Positions 1 to 12,998 of a stretch of DNA of 64,000 nt are shown here, one piece after another (position 1 is the first letter of the stretch; each line of letters begins with the position of its first letter). The notes below the pieces were generated by a model. It searched no databases, had not been told where the DNA came from, and saw only the letters and a program-made list of their open reading frames with translations. The position numbers and the translations under genes are program-made. Origin of the DNA: Hemiscyllium ocellatum (taxonomy: Eukaryota); contig NW_026867509.1 of NCBI RefSeq assembly GCF_020745735.1, positions 1,488,001-1,552,000 of the forward strand, in the 5' to 3' direction.

Positions 1-1648
1 GAACACCAGGTAGGCCCAAGGAAGCAGAATACTGCACGAAAGGAAACCTTAGCAATTGCTCACAATCTAACGTGAAAATAATCTAAGATACATCGGAATC
101 AGAAAGGAATGATAACTTTTCACTTTTTCAATTAATCGTAATACTATTCTTATTGGAAGCAAAATCAAGAAGCACTTTTTTAAAAATCTCCTTCCCTCAG
201 TTCCATGACAACTATTTCTACTTTCATCACTATGCCAAACTGTCTCACTTAAAGACCTTCAACAACGTGTCCGTGCTATACTTCCAAAATTATGTGATAT
301 ATGCTATATGTGATACAAATATTTTTTCCTGCTGAATCTGATGTACGATTTGTAAATTTAATTGAAGGTTGAAGAGTCTATTGATTTCTAGTAAAAGTTA
401 ATTGCTCCGAAACATTATCAAAGGGGAAAATGGCTTTCAGTAAAGTCAGAGCTTTCATAAGAAATCGGACAAGCATTGAACCAAATAATGGTGTCAAACC
501 CACATTCAGTAGCATGTATTAATTTAACAGTATCAATAAATGGATTAGTTAACTTAGATTCATGAAGGCCATAAGAGAACATTTAATTATTAAAAGTTTG
601 GGCTAACCATTGGCAAGCGACATTTACGTCCCAGACATTCTAGACAATGTGATTTCCAGCAAGCGAGAAGCGAGCAGTGCCCCCTTGATATTCAGTAACA
701 TTACCGTCAGTGGCAAAGCCATACAAAATCAACTTCAATACCAGATAGCGAATATGAGATTGCTTTGTGTCACAGAGACTCGTTAGACTTTGGTATTATC
801 TCTCTCAAAGTTTGGTTGAAGCAAAATCTTTGTATGTTTTAAGGCACAAGATTCTTGACAGGAAAGAGATGAAAGCTTGTCGAGTGAACAACATCTTATA
901 TGTTATAATGTAATCAGACCAGCCATGAAATTATGAATTTACTGAGCAAATTCGAGAGGACAAACTGCATTTTCCCTCTGCTAATTCAGACGTTATTTCC
1001 CTTGGGGCTGCACTTGCCAAAGATTGCAATTTGATCAGTCGTTGAAATAATGTGTCAATGACAGTAGATCTGAAACTGAGAAGTCAACAGCATGTGTCTC
1101 GCCCTCTGTGTCTCCCATGTTTGGCAAAGATCCAATGTCAACATTCAAGCATATGATGGAATACACCCCACTTTCTTGGATGAGTGCTCCTACAAGAACA
1201 GCAGAAAAATGCATCACTTGATTAACCCTATTTACCAAATTCAACATTCACACCCGTCATCAGAAATGCACATTGGCAGCACTGTGCAATAACAAAAGAT
1301 CCACAAAGGAACATGAAAGGAACTTTCAACAGGGCTTTTAACGCCTGGTGCCTTCACCATTTCGAAGGGCAAAAGTCACAGATGCATTGGACAGCCGCCA
1401 ACTGCAATGTCCCCTAAAATGCGACTGACTTTGAAGTATTTTGCTTTAAGATCGCTTTATCAAAACCCTAGATGTCCATTCATAGCAACATATCAAGTGT
1501 TGCTAAAAGATATGGATTACCAGACATCTAGAAAATGACTTATTATCAGCTTTCCTGAAGGAATAAATGGTAGGCAATAAATGCTAGCCTAGCCTTCCAC
1601 TTGCAAATACTTCGAAAGAATCGTAGAAAAAACTGCACAAACACTTAC

Positions 1649-1745
1649 CAGGAACGCCCACAGCAGCAAGAACAGGATAGTAAAACTTTTGAAATTCATA
1701 CATGAACCTCCGAATTTGCCATTCAGATAGACGACTCTGCACCAT
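1649..1745 (-). CDS. First coding exon of a GPR139/GPR142-like class A GPCR; exon 2 not found in the window
   Basis: ATG at 1745 reads MVQSRLSEWQIRRFMYEFQKFYYPVLAAVGVP, followed by G|GTAAGT, a phase-1 donor at 1648. The YYPxLAAVGVP motif entering TM1 is typical of the chondrichthyan-expanded GPR139-like family (recognised from memory). Confidence 0.75.
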
Positions 1746-4700
1746 TGCTTCCCTTTCTGTGTTCGAAAGGGTATCGGTTGTGTAGGAGGTGATACTTCTG
1801 ACAGTACTGTGGAATGAAATATTCAAAGCTGGTCCTTATTAATAAAAGGGAGAAGCACTCCAGTGACGTATTTACAGCCCACCGAGACTTACATTAATTA
1901 CAGTCACTAAAAAAACATGTTCAGTTTATCTTCTTCAACAAAACGAAACATGTGTTTCAGTTCTATAAAAATAATTTGATTTGCAAGGTTGCAGGAAAAC
2001 AGATGAGTGTGTCTCAAAACAGGTCTAGCTTAAGTGTTGAAAATGAATGTACTCAGCAGGATAGTGGAAAAGAGAGCTCGGCAGCTTCGACATCACAAGG
2101 GGCATCATGAAGTTGCTTTGTCCGCATAGCATGCTAGCTCAGTTAAACAGGAGGCCATACGTATCGAAATTCCACTCAGTGAGTAACAGAAAGGTCTTTA
2201 TTTAAAGGGATGACAAATTTGCAATCAGAATAAAACTTACGTTACATTGACTCGAAAAGTAGATCACAGAGTTGTATGCATTTAAAGAGCCTTCAAAGTC
2301 GCAAAGTGGGTATGGATTTACAAATACTTCGAAGTGGGAGTCACCAAGTTGGTATGTATTCACAGAGCGTTCACAGTCTGTGCCACAGAGATTATCTTCT
2401 GGAACAGATGCTAAGTTCTGATTGGTTCATCTTCTACAAATTGCACACTGGGAGTTTCAGCGTGACTCTACATTGTCCTCTGTCTCTACGAAACCCAACT
2501 CTGTGCAGCCACACTGAACTTCGTGCAACACAGGAACATTCTTCCGACCATGTATCTCTGTCAATGAAATAAAACAAATAACTAAGGTGGATCCCAAATC
2601 ACTCATGATAACCCATAAGATTGGAACATGAATGTCAACGGCCTTCTGTTTGACTCAATAAATATGCTTTAAAGACAAATAAACATTGTGATGTTCTTTG
2701 CGCTGTCGAAGCTGCCGAGCTCTCTCTCTTGCTGTCCTGCCGAGTACTTTCATTGTCTACTCTGAATCCATGGTACGCACCCGCAAACTTAGGATGTCTT
2801 CAGGCACTTTTGAGCAAAGAGTACCATCAAAAAAACGATAGGTGCAGTGTTTGACTCACGCAACACACTCTAACCCACATCAACACATACAATGGCGCCA
2901 AGCGCACAATGTTTCTAACTGCACGAAGCACAAGATATTTTCCCGCAGTCTAGGTCCCAAACTATCAGGCAAACAGCAGAGATTATCTTAATGACCATTC
3001 CACAACACAACATGTCTGAATCTAGCATCCAGCAACTCACAACAAAAGCATATGTGTCTCTCCACCATCCGAGTACAACAATGCAGAATCCCCAACTCAG
3101 CAAATAAATTTCCTCTTACATCCAACACAATATCGACTGCTAAAACATTCCACCAAATTATGATGTGCGAAAACACTTTCCGAACAGTTCACCCCAGCAT
3201 CCAATACAGTCTGCCTGTTCCCACATCCAGCACAGTGTCTCCTAATGGAGTCTCAACCTCGCAACCACAGTACACAATGTCTTACCATAAACTGAAAACC
3301 AAGAGCCTGACATGCAAAATGAGGAGATGCTTTCCATTTGATTTTTTTCATACCCAGATCGAAGTAAATGAAATACTTCACAGTCCTATTGTGAAACGAG
3401 CTAACATTCTCTACTGACCTGTTACATGCCAACCTACCCATGTGATGACCTCATAGAACTTTGGATGCCTTTTACTTGTCCTGCAATGGAATATGGTAGA
3501 ATGGAATCAGAAAGGAAAACTGAAAACCATTTAAAGGCACCCAGAAAAATGCCGTGAGTATTAATTATTGTGTTGATTATCAAACCTACTAAGATGCCTT
3601 GAAAGATTGTAGTCTGGAGGTACCTGGGAAGAGACACAATCAGCTTGGCCATGCTTTTGTCAGACTGCTGTCAAACACCAGACAAATCTGAGTGAATTCA
3701 CTATACAAGAAGAGGATGTAACGAGAATCCAATGTAATTTCTAATCTGCAGAACGAACAGTTGACAAAGGCTTCAACATTTTTCACATAAACGATTAATG
3801 CGTTTTCATTGTCCACAAGACAAGAGCAACCCACTGCAGATTCAGGAAATCTAATTGTTACAGTTTTAAAGGATAACGTACAAAACAGACCAGATAGCCT
3901 GTCTGAACAGAGACAAAATTAATGGTATGTTTGAGATGGCATGTCATCACAACTGAGAAAACAATAAAATGTGAACAGAAATGGGTTGAAACTATCAACA
4001 CATCAGTGAACATCACTTCAAGGCGAGCAGGGTTAACGATTTGATCCAAAAACTCTTCTTGAGGTTTGATTACATTTAGGAAAAATTGGGATATACTTTG
4101 AAGACAGGGGTGAGGCCGAGAGAGTAAGCGATAAGTTAACCATGCATTTTGAAGTAGGCCCAGACAGACGCCTTGGTCACTAAGGTGATAACTTTGTAAT
4201 AAAATCGCTGAACTACTACTTCAAATACCTAAGTAACATGTTGTGATATGTTAGAAGTTGAATTTAACGTAAACACAGAAGTGGCTCTATAGTTAAGATG
4301 GTAAAATTCAACACATTCACAAATATCATCTCTGGAAGGAAGCTGCCGCCCTTAACATTGTCTTGAGATTACTTTTGTGAAGTAATTATGAAGTTGAAAA
4401 TTCATTGCTTAGCGGTTAGAATAATGAAAAGTGATCTAAAGTGAACAGAAATAATTATTAATGGTTCGACATTCGATGGAATTTATCGCTACAGATAAGT
4501 CTCTCGAGTGTTCACAATTTGCGATTAAATGGTGGGAAGTTTGGACTATGAAGAACAGAAAGTCGTTCAGTCATGCCATTTTCTTAAATTAGCGGCATTC
4601 TGTAACTCAAAGGGCAGTGGAATTCCAAACATTGACTCCTTTCGTTGGGTCTCTTTTGTACAAGAAAAGCGAAGCACTAAGAAACTTCATAAAAATCCTT

Positions 4701-5499
4701 TGTGTCATGACGTAGTGAATGTGTTAAATCAGACTGAATGCAAGCAATATACCGCTAACAAAACAAATAAAACAATGTAGATAAGAATATAGAACCTGCT
4801 GACAAACTGTGTCGTTGAATCGCATTGCATTGAGTCATTTATGGAAGGTTTTGAAATACAGCGAGGAGAAGGGAACAAACCTCCACATCTGTTGTGCGGA
4901 CAATCCCAATTAGATTTCGAGCCGGGGTGAATGTTTGGGTATATGCACAGGCACAAACTAGTTTGTCCGAAAGACTTAAGCCATATCTTAACATTTAATA
5001 TAAAACTAAAAGGATGCCCATTCAGAATATCTGGAAGACAATAAATCAATGCAAATAATTGAATTTGAGGTAGAGCTGCAGGTGAGTTCCAAGAGTGTAA
5101 CGGTAAAGACAGCTCAGAAAAAGTACAGACTGACCCGAAGCGACTACTGAGAAAGATTAGTACAGGTTGCCACTCTTGCAAGTAAAGGATAAGGCACAAA
5201 GGAAAATCAAATACCAAATGATACTAAAGTGAACAGTTTGACTTAGAGTTAAACGTTAGAGAAGAACGTGAATTGACTGGGCGGAAGAATCAGATCAAAA
5301 ATTGCGTAGAATGTCATGGACAGAATTAAACTGCAGAAAGTGGTTGACCAAATCAATGCTGATGAAACATATCTTTCAGCATAGTGGCACAAGATAGTTT
5401 GGTTCCTTATAGGAAGTTAATTTTGGACTGTTATTATTATCATAGAGTTATACAGCAACGAAACAGACTCTTTCGACCAAATGGTCCACGTTGACCGAG

Positions 5500-5990
5500 T
5501 TTTCCAAGATAAAGTCGTACCATTTGCCTGCGTTTGTCCTATATCCTTTTGATATTTCCTGCTCAAGTACGTACCCAAATACCTATTAAATGTTGTCACT
5601 GCATCCACAACTAAGAGTTGCTTGGCTTTTCCGTCGAAATACTTATCAGCTTCTGTATAAAATAATTCACCCTCATGCTCCTTTTCAATCTTTCTCCTTT
5701 CATCTTAAAACAAGCCCTCGAGCTTTCAATTTGACGACAAGATGGTCCCTTGAGTTTGCCTGCCAATAGAATGAATAGAAGCAGAAATGTTACATGCATC
5801 ACAAAATCGCTGACCATAGCATTCTGCTCCTTTTGTGGATACTGTCTCCTTCAGAGTTCTTTGAAATTGTTCCTCCTGCACTTGCCTAATCCCACAGCCA
5901 TTGATTTTCTGCCGGAATCAGCTGTTGTCGATTGCCTATTGAAAGTTACTGTTGGATCAACTTCCACCGTCAATTTTGGGAATGAATTGC
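5500..5990 (-). mobile_element. Decayed CR1 LINE 3' remnant
   Basis: Stretches such as ccatttgcctgcgtttgtcctatatcc resemble the CR1 3' ends at 40030-40300 and 44614-44900. Confidence 0.45.
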
Positions 5991-6171
5991 ACATAATAAG
6001 AAGAACATATGCAAAATCAAATGGAAATTCATCGCCTCATTAGTTTATGTTTCGGCTAAACAGAATGGTGCCCACTCAAATATCAACGAACAGTACAACA
6101 TCATTATGATAATTTGCAACTTCACTGCAACACTGGTTGAATAAGTAATGATCTTGAATGTCATCCCACAG

Positions 6172-6461
6172 ATTCCTGTTACGTGCCGTCCAGAATCAAC
6201 CCCTACAACTGTCAGGTGACACCATTTCTTTATGCTGTGAATATTCAGGGCTCCCTCAGGACATAGTTTACTGGTTCTGTCAGTACCCATGACAAGCGCT
6301 GAAATATCTAGTTCAAAGGTACACGTCCGGAGAGCACAATAAATAAAATGCTAGTGGCGGGCGAATTTCTGTTTCTATTGATTCTGTGTCGGACATCGGT
6401 TTGTTACTGGTCTCGCAAATACAGCCTAATGACGCCACTGCGTATAACTGCGCATTGAATC
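6172..6461 (+). pseudogene. TCR alpha/delta-type V segment pseudogene
   Basis: Reads GDTISLCCEYSGLPQDIVYWFCQYP*QALKYLVQRYTSGEHNK*NASGGRISVSIDSVSDIGLLLVSQIQPNDATAYNCALNP. Cys (6236), Trp (6272) and second Cys (6449) are correctly spaced. Stops occur at 6290 and 6344, and the RSS is degenerate. Confidence 0.8.
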
Positions 6462-6519
6462 CGCACTCATCTCACATACAATGATTCAGCTTCAGGAGAC
6501 AGTTGCACACAACCGAAAC

Positions 6520-8100
6520 ATGCTGGGAATGATAGACGCAGTGTCACTGAGTACGGATAGAGCTCTCAAACTGATGAACAGTTCATCAACTTTACTAACA
6601 CCTTCCATCCCGACCTCAAATTCATCTGGACTATCTCAGACTCCTCCCTCCCCTTCCTAGACCTTTCCATTTCTATCTCAGGCGACAGACTCAACACAGA
6701 CATCTACTATAAACCGACTGACGCCCACAGCTATCTGGACTACACCTCCTCCCACCCTGCCCCCTGTAAATACTCCATCCCATATTCCCAATTCCTTCGT
6801 CTCCGCCGCATCTGCTCCCAGGAGGACCAGTTCCAACACCGCACAGCCCAGATGGCCTCCTTCTTCAAGGACCGCAGATTCCCCCCAAACGTGATCGACG
6901 ATGCCCTCCACCGCATCTCCTCCACTTCCCGCTCCTCCGCCCTTGAACCCCGCTCCTCCAACCGCCACCAAGACAGAACCACACTGGTTCTCACCTACCA
7001 CCCCACCAAACTCCGTATACAACGTATCATCCGCCGTCATTTCCGCCACCTCCAAACGGACCCCACCACCAGGGATATATTTCCCTCCTCTCCCCTATCA
7101 GCGTTCCGCAAAGACCACTCCCTTCGTGACTCCCTCGTCAGGTCCACACCCCCCACCAACCCAACCTCCACTCCCGGCACCTTCCCCTGCAACCGCAGGA
7201 AATGTAAAACTTGCGCCCACACCTCCTCCCTCACTTCCCTCCATGGCCCCAAGGGATCACTCCATATCCGCCACAAGTTCACCTGTACCTCCACACACAT
7301 CATCTATTGCATCTGCTGCACCCGATGTGGCCTCCTCTATATTGGGGAGACGGGCCGCTTACTTGCGGAACGCTTCAGAGAACACCTCAGGGACGCCCGG
7401 ACCAACCAACCCAACCACCCCGTGGCTCAACACTTTAACTCTCCCTCCCACTCCACCGAGGACATGCAGGTCCTTGGACTCCTCCACCGGCAGAACATAA
7501 CAACACGACGGCTGGAGGGGGAGCGCCTCATCTTCTGCCTGGGAACCCTCCAACCACAAGGGATGAACTCAGATTTCTCCAGTTTCCTCATTTCCCCTCC
7601 CCCCACCTTGTCTCAGTCGGTTCCCTCAACTCAGCACCACCCTCCTAACCTGCAATCTTCTTCCTGACCTCTCCGCCCCCACCCCACTCCGGCCTATCAC
7701 CCTCACCTTGACCTCCTTCCACCTATCACATCTCCATCGCCCCTCCCCCAAGTCCCTCCTCCCTACCTTTTATCTTAGCCTGCTTGGCACACTCTCCTCA
7801 TTCCCGATGAAGGGCTTATGCCCGAAAAGTCGAATTTCCTATTCCTTGGATGCTGCCTAACCCGCTGTACTTTAAACAGCAACACATTTTCAACAGAGCT
7901 CTCAAATACCTGAACATGGTGTGATTACAGACTCAAATATATAGAGCACGGAGAAAGCTTAAAAATGGCTTAGAATGGTAGAGATTATAGACACGGTGAC
8001 ACAAAGCACGTAGAGACGAGTACAAGAAATGAATAATTGGTGGGATTACAGACACAGTATCATGGAGCACAGAGCGAGCAGTCCAAAATCATATTGGTAG
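6520..8100 (+). repeat. Degenerate ~60-bp tandem array (4 units) of RSS-like units, split by the Penelope insertion
   Basis: Units share TGGTRGGATTAYAGA followed by heptamer-like sequences at 6537, 7932, 7992 and 8053. The period is 59-61 bp once 6571-7906 is removed. Confidence 0.6.
6571..7894 (+). mobile_element. 5'-truncated Penelope-like element (RT C-terminus plus GIY-YIG endonuclease)
   Basis: ORF 6852-7667 contains IIYCICCTRCGLLYIGETGRLLAERFREH (GIY-YIG). It is flanked by a 12-bp target-site duplication AGAGCTCTCAAA at 6559-6570 and 7895-7906. Confidence 0.92.
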
Positions 8101-11100
8101 AGATCTGAGGAGCTGGACTCTGAACCAGGGGTTTGGGGTGGGGCTCTGCAGGATTGTTTGTAACCAGAATCTGGTGTATTAAATACATATTGTTCAGTAA
8201 TGCACTGTTCATAGAGGAAGCACCCTATTCATTGGAAGAAATCTAGATTTGAGTCAACCAGCATCTGACAAAGCTTGTTCCATCTTTACGAACTGTTTGC
8301 AGAAAGTCAATAAATAAAGGACATGGTTTGTTACATTTCACACAAGAGGTGAATAGCATGAACAGATTTGTCAATTACCCGTGTCACAAAGCGAGCGTTT
8401 TCCCGAAAAGCTGCTCCTTCGCTCAAGGATACTCGATCCTTGATTTGTTTTTCAGGAGGGGAATAAACCAGGCCGGGCTCAGATCAGTCTGGTTTGGTAC
8501 AGAGATGAAAAACATTTTGAGGGGCCTTTTGTTTATATGTAAACAGATGAGTCTTCAGGCCAAAATAGTCCTGTTTTAGAAATGGCTGGTATAATGAAAG
8601 GTTAGTAGGGTCAGCTCCCTAACTGAGCAGTTTAATTCAGTCTTGAACTGGTGAGGATTTGAAATGAACTAGGTGGAAACTCTCTTTCTCTCTTTCTGCC
8701 CTTCAACGTCAACCTGCAAGCATGTGTTCCATATATATTAGTACTTCAATGTATTTTAATTATTGAGACGTTTGTGCATGTTTGGAACAGCATAATTACA
8801 TCTATTTTGGAGAGACTGAATTCCGTACGATTTCGTTATTCTGTGCTTTGTGTTTCATTGTCCAATTTTGTGAACACATTTTTTTCTGTATTAAATTTTT
8901 TTAGTCAACCTAGCTAACTTAATCTGGGTAATTTTCACTGTACATTTACCGAAACAAATTTCAAAGTTATGGTATAGGCTACCTGCTTTAGAATGTTTTA
9001 AGTGGTCTGGTCTAGTCCATAAGACGCGTGCACTCAAATGGAATGTTTATTACATCAGTAAATATGTGTTGGACTACTGTGAGAGAGCAAGAATTTCAGA
9101 ATGAATTAGATTCCAGCTTCATGGTGTGGGGGTTGGCATGCATATCAAATCACATTCCCCTGTGCTGATTTTCTGATGTTACTCTTACTTTTGCATTTTT
9201 TTCTGAAGAAACGTGAACTCAAATCAAAATTCGGACATAAGCGACACTTAACTTGCAAAAAAAAAATCTGAGACCAAGCTGGTTTCCATCACCACTCACA
9301 AAAAAAAGAACCAAAAGTGAACTCTCATTTAAATTGAACACCGACTGTCAGAGATCAATGATATTAACAGATCAGCATTTTAGGAAATGCTCTACCTGTT
9401 ATTTCTTTTGTGTATTATCAGCTAAAAAGAGGCTCGACTTTACGGATTTGAAATTATTTTGAATTTTCACAGTCAATTTCATTTCATTTTAACAACTAAT
9501 TTATTCTGCTAGTCGTTTGCACCATCCTGAGAGGTCGTTCTAAATTCTTAGTATTGTCTGTTGATTTTATTTTGTGCCGGTTCAGCTGTGTTTTCAATTT
9601 TACTGCGTGGGGCGTCCATTTTAACATATGGTCATCTCCAGGCCCTCCAACCAATTGCCTGATTCTCTCCAATATTTTCCCTGTCTAGCTTTCTCTGAAC
9701 TTCGTATTATATACAAGCTTCAGCACAGGCACAGGATATTTGACGAAATTTACAGGGCCAGTGCAAATACATGTCATGAACCTCTCTCCCCTTTACACAA
9801 CATGATATATTAACAGTTGGAACCATGTAACCATCAATTCCTTTCTCCATTCTGCCGCTGTCCTGTTCCATCTACTATGTGTATTAGTGGCTCTGTTCTG
9901 TTGCAATGTGTCTTTGGAAAGATGCATTTGCCTCAGTATCACCTCGGTATTTTATTCAGTGAACTTTTATTGATATCTATTCCTCATGGAGTAACACGTA
10001 AGAACTTTTCTTTCAAATTCATTTCACTTAACACATGCATTATTTGAAACATTCCTATTCAGTCACTTCATGGTTCCTTTTTTTCCCAGAGAAGCTGATC
10101 CAACCTCTTCAATCTCCTATTCAGTCCCTTTTTTTCTGATGAGAATACATGCTGGTCGTTAATGCATGAACATGAAAAATAGAAACGCAGACGGACATTC
10201 CAATCTCGAGCCTGGTGTGCCATTTCGTGTGATGGTGGCTGATTTGATTAAGATTAGAGAAACTTGACGTCATGCAGTAAAAAGTAGCCACCTTGATGAA
10301 CATTGCCTTCACAAAAGTTCACTCGCTGCGAAACAGGCATTCAGGAACAGCAAAGTGTACCATCTACACAACGCACTGCAAAAACATAGAACGTTGGAAC
10401 ATGAGTGAACTTCTTACACACTGTGAACACATTTTGATTCCTATAGGAACAAATGCAAAGTATTTATATTATAAATACGAATCTGCCGTAGTTCGTGAAT
10501 TACCAGTCCTCATTATTATTTTACTAATGCCTGTCGACTTAATGTATTGTTACGTCAATGGCTGCATTCGCATTTTTGCAGATGCTAAATATTACTTTTC
10601 TAGTTCTATCTCTTTCATCATTATATTTTCTTATTGGAGCTGTTTATGTCACTTTCAGAACGACAAAGGGTCCGCAAAGTTATCGTACATTATCCAACTT
10701 ATTATGCATATAAATACACACTGGTCCTCTCACAGTTTCACGAGGTTTTGATTGTAATTTGTCAAGCCTGTGCCTCCACGGTGAACAGGCTGAGGAAACA
10801 ATTGTTAAATGCACAAGATCCTACAGATACTTCAGCAATTGCCTGATTACCGAATCAACTCCTGTTTATCTTTATATCATACTTTCTGCCATTCCGCAGT
10901 AATTGTTAGAAGTGTGCATCGATTTATTTCCATGAAACTGGTCGCTGTGTCAGCTAGCATTATGATAGCTATGTTATTGTTTAAGCTTAGCTTCATTTCA
11001 TAACTTGTGTCTCTTTTTTGCTGATATTACATTGCACATGATCTCTGTTTAATATAAGCAACAATATGCCTCTGCTTCTATTATACTTAGACATATCTTA

Positions 11101-12039
11101 TTTGCCATTTCTCCAGAATGTGTCATCGGCACAATAGATTCACATGCTATTTACTGGTTTCGAACATGTATTGGATCAACTGGCATCTTGAGGTATTATG
11201 ATTGTTGCTGAAATGGTATATACTTCAATTACTACGTGTGGCCCTGTGAGCACTGCAAACTGTTTTATTTCATTTGCTACTGCGAGACCATATGAAGGTT
11301 TCTCCAATAAAGTACTAAACCCCTGTTGTCAATTAATGTGGCACTCTATTTTTAATCAGTCATCCCATCACTCATTGAACTGATGTTTGTATTAAATAAT
11401 GACATCAGTCATCTGTTCCTGTACCAGAAGCTCTCTTCACAATCTTCTGCATGTATACCCCCTTCTTGCACGTTTGATTTATCTGATCAAATCAACATTC
11501 TTTTCACGTTCAACGTTGCCAAAATTTGCATTTGATGCTTCCATCTTAATCTATTATGTGTGTTAGCAGTTTATTCCAAAATTTCAACTGTACATTTATG
11601 GAAATGTTTGAGCATTGTTAAAGTATTAGGCACTAGAACACGTATAAAAGAACACAACATATGAAGTAAGTTGATGCTTAAATTAAAGATTAAACTGGGA
11701 AATAGCAGAAACAAGAAACCAAAAGGAAGTATTGTAACATTGACTTAACTCAGTGTCTACTAGCAGCGTGGATTCGCTTGGGAAAAACTCCTCGCCAAGT
11801 TTGTGAAGTTTGACTGAGCAAAGAAATTACAGCGAACCTGTCCACAAAAGTAAATACATTCATTCACCTTGTTGGAAGGCATGAAACAGTGAGGTAATCT
11901 GTTCATTAAACGAAATTTAAGTAATTTGCATGCTGTAAATTAATTGTCTAAGATTACTACTCCAAATAAATGAGGGAAAATTTGAATGTGGAGCAGAGAA
12001 AACTTGCACAAGGACAACAACTCCTGCAGTTTATAAACA

Positions 12040-12112
12040 ATGGTGCAGGAGCCAGTCATTTCTCCCTTCTTTGTCATTTGGTATTCAATTCTCGTTGCTA
12101 TGGATACCCCTG
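12040..12112 (+). pseudogene. Probable exon 1 of the GPR139-like pseudogene whose exon 2 is at 17936
   Basis: Reads MVQEPVISPFFVIWYSILVAMDTP then G|TTAAGT, which matches the exon at 1649-1745 (MVQ...YYPVLAAVGVP G|GTAAGT) but with the donor GT changed to TT. Confidence 0.5.
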
Positions 12113-12998
12113 TTAAGTCATTGACGTTCGAGAAAATCATGCAGCTAATCACAATTTTTCCAGAAGTTTATACATTTTCCTTCCCAGACTTGGCTGCATT
12201 ATTCCAAAATGCAAAACTTTGACATTAAGTTTCTTCAACAGGTCTTCAGTGTTTATAATACATTATGAAATAATACCTGCACTATGGAAGGTTATGGTGC
12301 ATTACTTACTTTTTCATTACAGCGAAGGGCACTTTTGCATGCTGTGTAATTATAGACAAATGGTCTATGAGACACTGACTTGTGGTGAATGACAATGCAC
12401 GCGCATTAAACGAGAATATTGTTACAGTTTAGGATCCATTGCAATTCAATAAAATGCAACCTAGCATTTTAGGCCATTGTAGTATTGATAGCGTATGATG
12501 GTGTCGTATAATGTCTTTCTGCACGGGTCTCAGAGCAGTGTCTGTATATGAATTATTTTGTCACAATACATTAGGCAGTTTGTTTTCATGCAAACCTACT
12601 TTCAGTGATTAAATGAATTTACAGTGTGCATCGTAGAACGATGTAATTAGGTGCAGAGTTCCCAGTGGATGGCACCATTGTTATTCTGGTTTTGGAATTA
12701 ATTAATGTTTAGGCGAAAAGACGTCAGTAGCGATGCACGACTTTGAAGCTGTTGTTAGTTTGATTCGCTGCCGCGAATTCCCGCAGATTTTAGATGATTG
12801 TATTTTATATCAATTTGCCAGAATTTTTTTTTCACAATTATCAAAACACGCAGTTGCACATTGTCTAGGGCCACCTCACTGCATAAAGGAAACTCCGGTA
12901 CAATTTAGCAATCCAATTTAGAACATAGAACATAGAAGGATACAGCGCAGTACAGGCCCTTCGGCCCTCGATGTTGCGCCGACCGAATCCTACCTAAC

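Noticed and set aside
1035-1292. Short ORFs and a CACTGTG at 1280
   Set aside because: No nonamer at 12 or 23 bp, no FGxG motif and no convincing V motifs.
3231-3269. CACAGTG-23-GCAACCACA
   Set aside because: The nonamer is weak and no YxC or Trp-containing V frame lies upstream.
4729-5217. 162-aa minus-strand ORF with W...C spacing loosely like a V domain, followed by CACAGTT
   Set aside because: No first Cys or FR1, no YYC motif and no nonamer.
6678-7559. Overlapping Pro-rich and Gly/Val-rich ORFs
   Set aside because: These are alternative frames and antisense shadows of the C-rich Penelope ORF.
8300-9000. Possible solo LTR (a similar impression at 29150-29940)
   Set aside because: No TG...CA ends, TSD or second copy could be established by eye.
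9872-9911. Minus-strand CACATTG-23-ACATAGTAG
   Set aside because: The upstream sequence does not translate to a V domain in any frame.
10265-10272. Perfect CRE palindrome TGACGTCA
   Set aside because: A single 8-mer is expected by chance in 64 kb, and no leader or gene is clearly linked to it.
10293-11383. Hydrophobic ORFs with an HRFIS motif, possibly a third GPCR relic
   Set aside because: The similarity is too weak, and AT-rich sequence yields such frames by chance. An HMM search would be needed.
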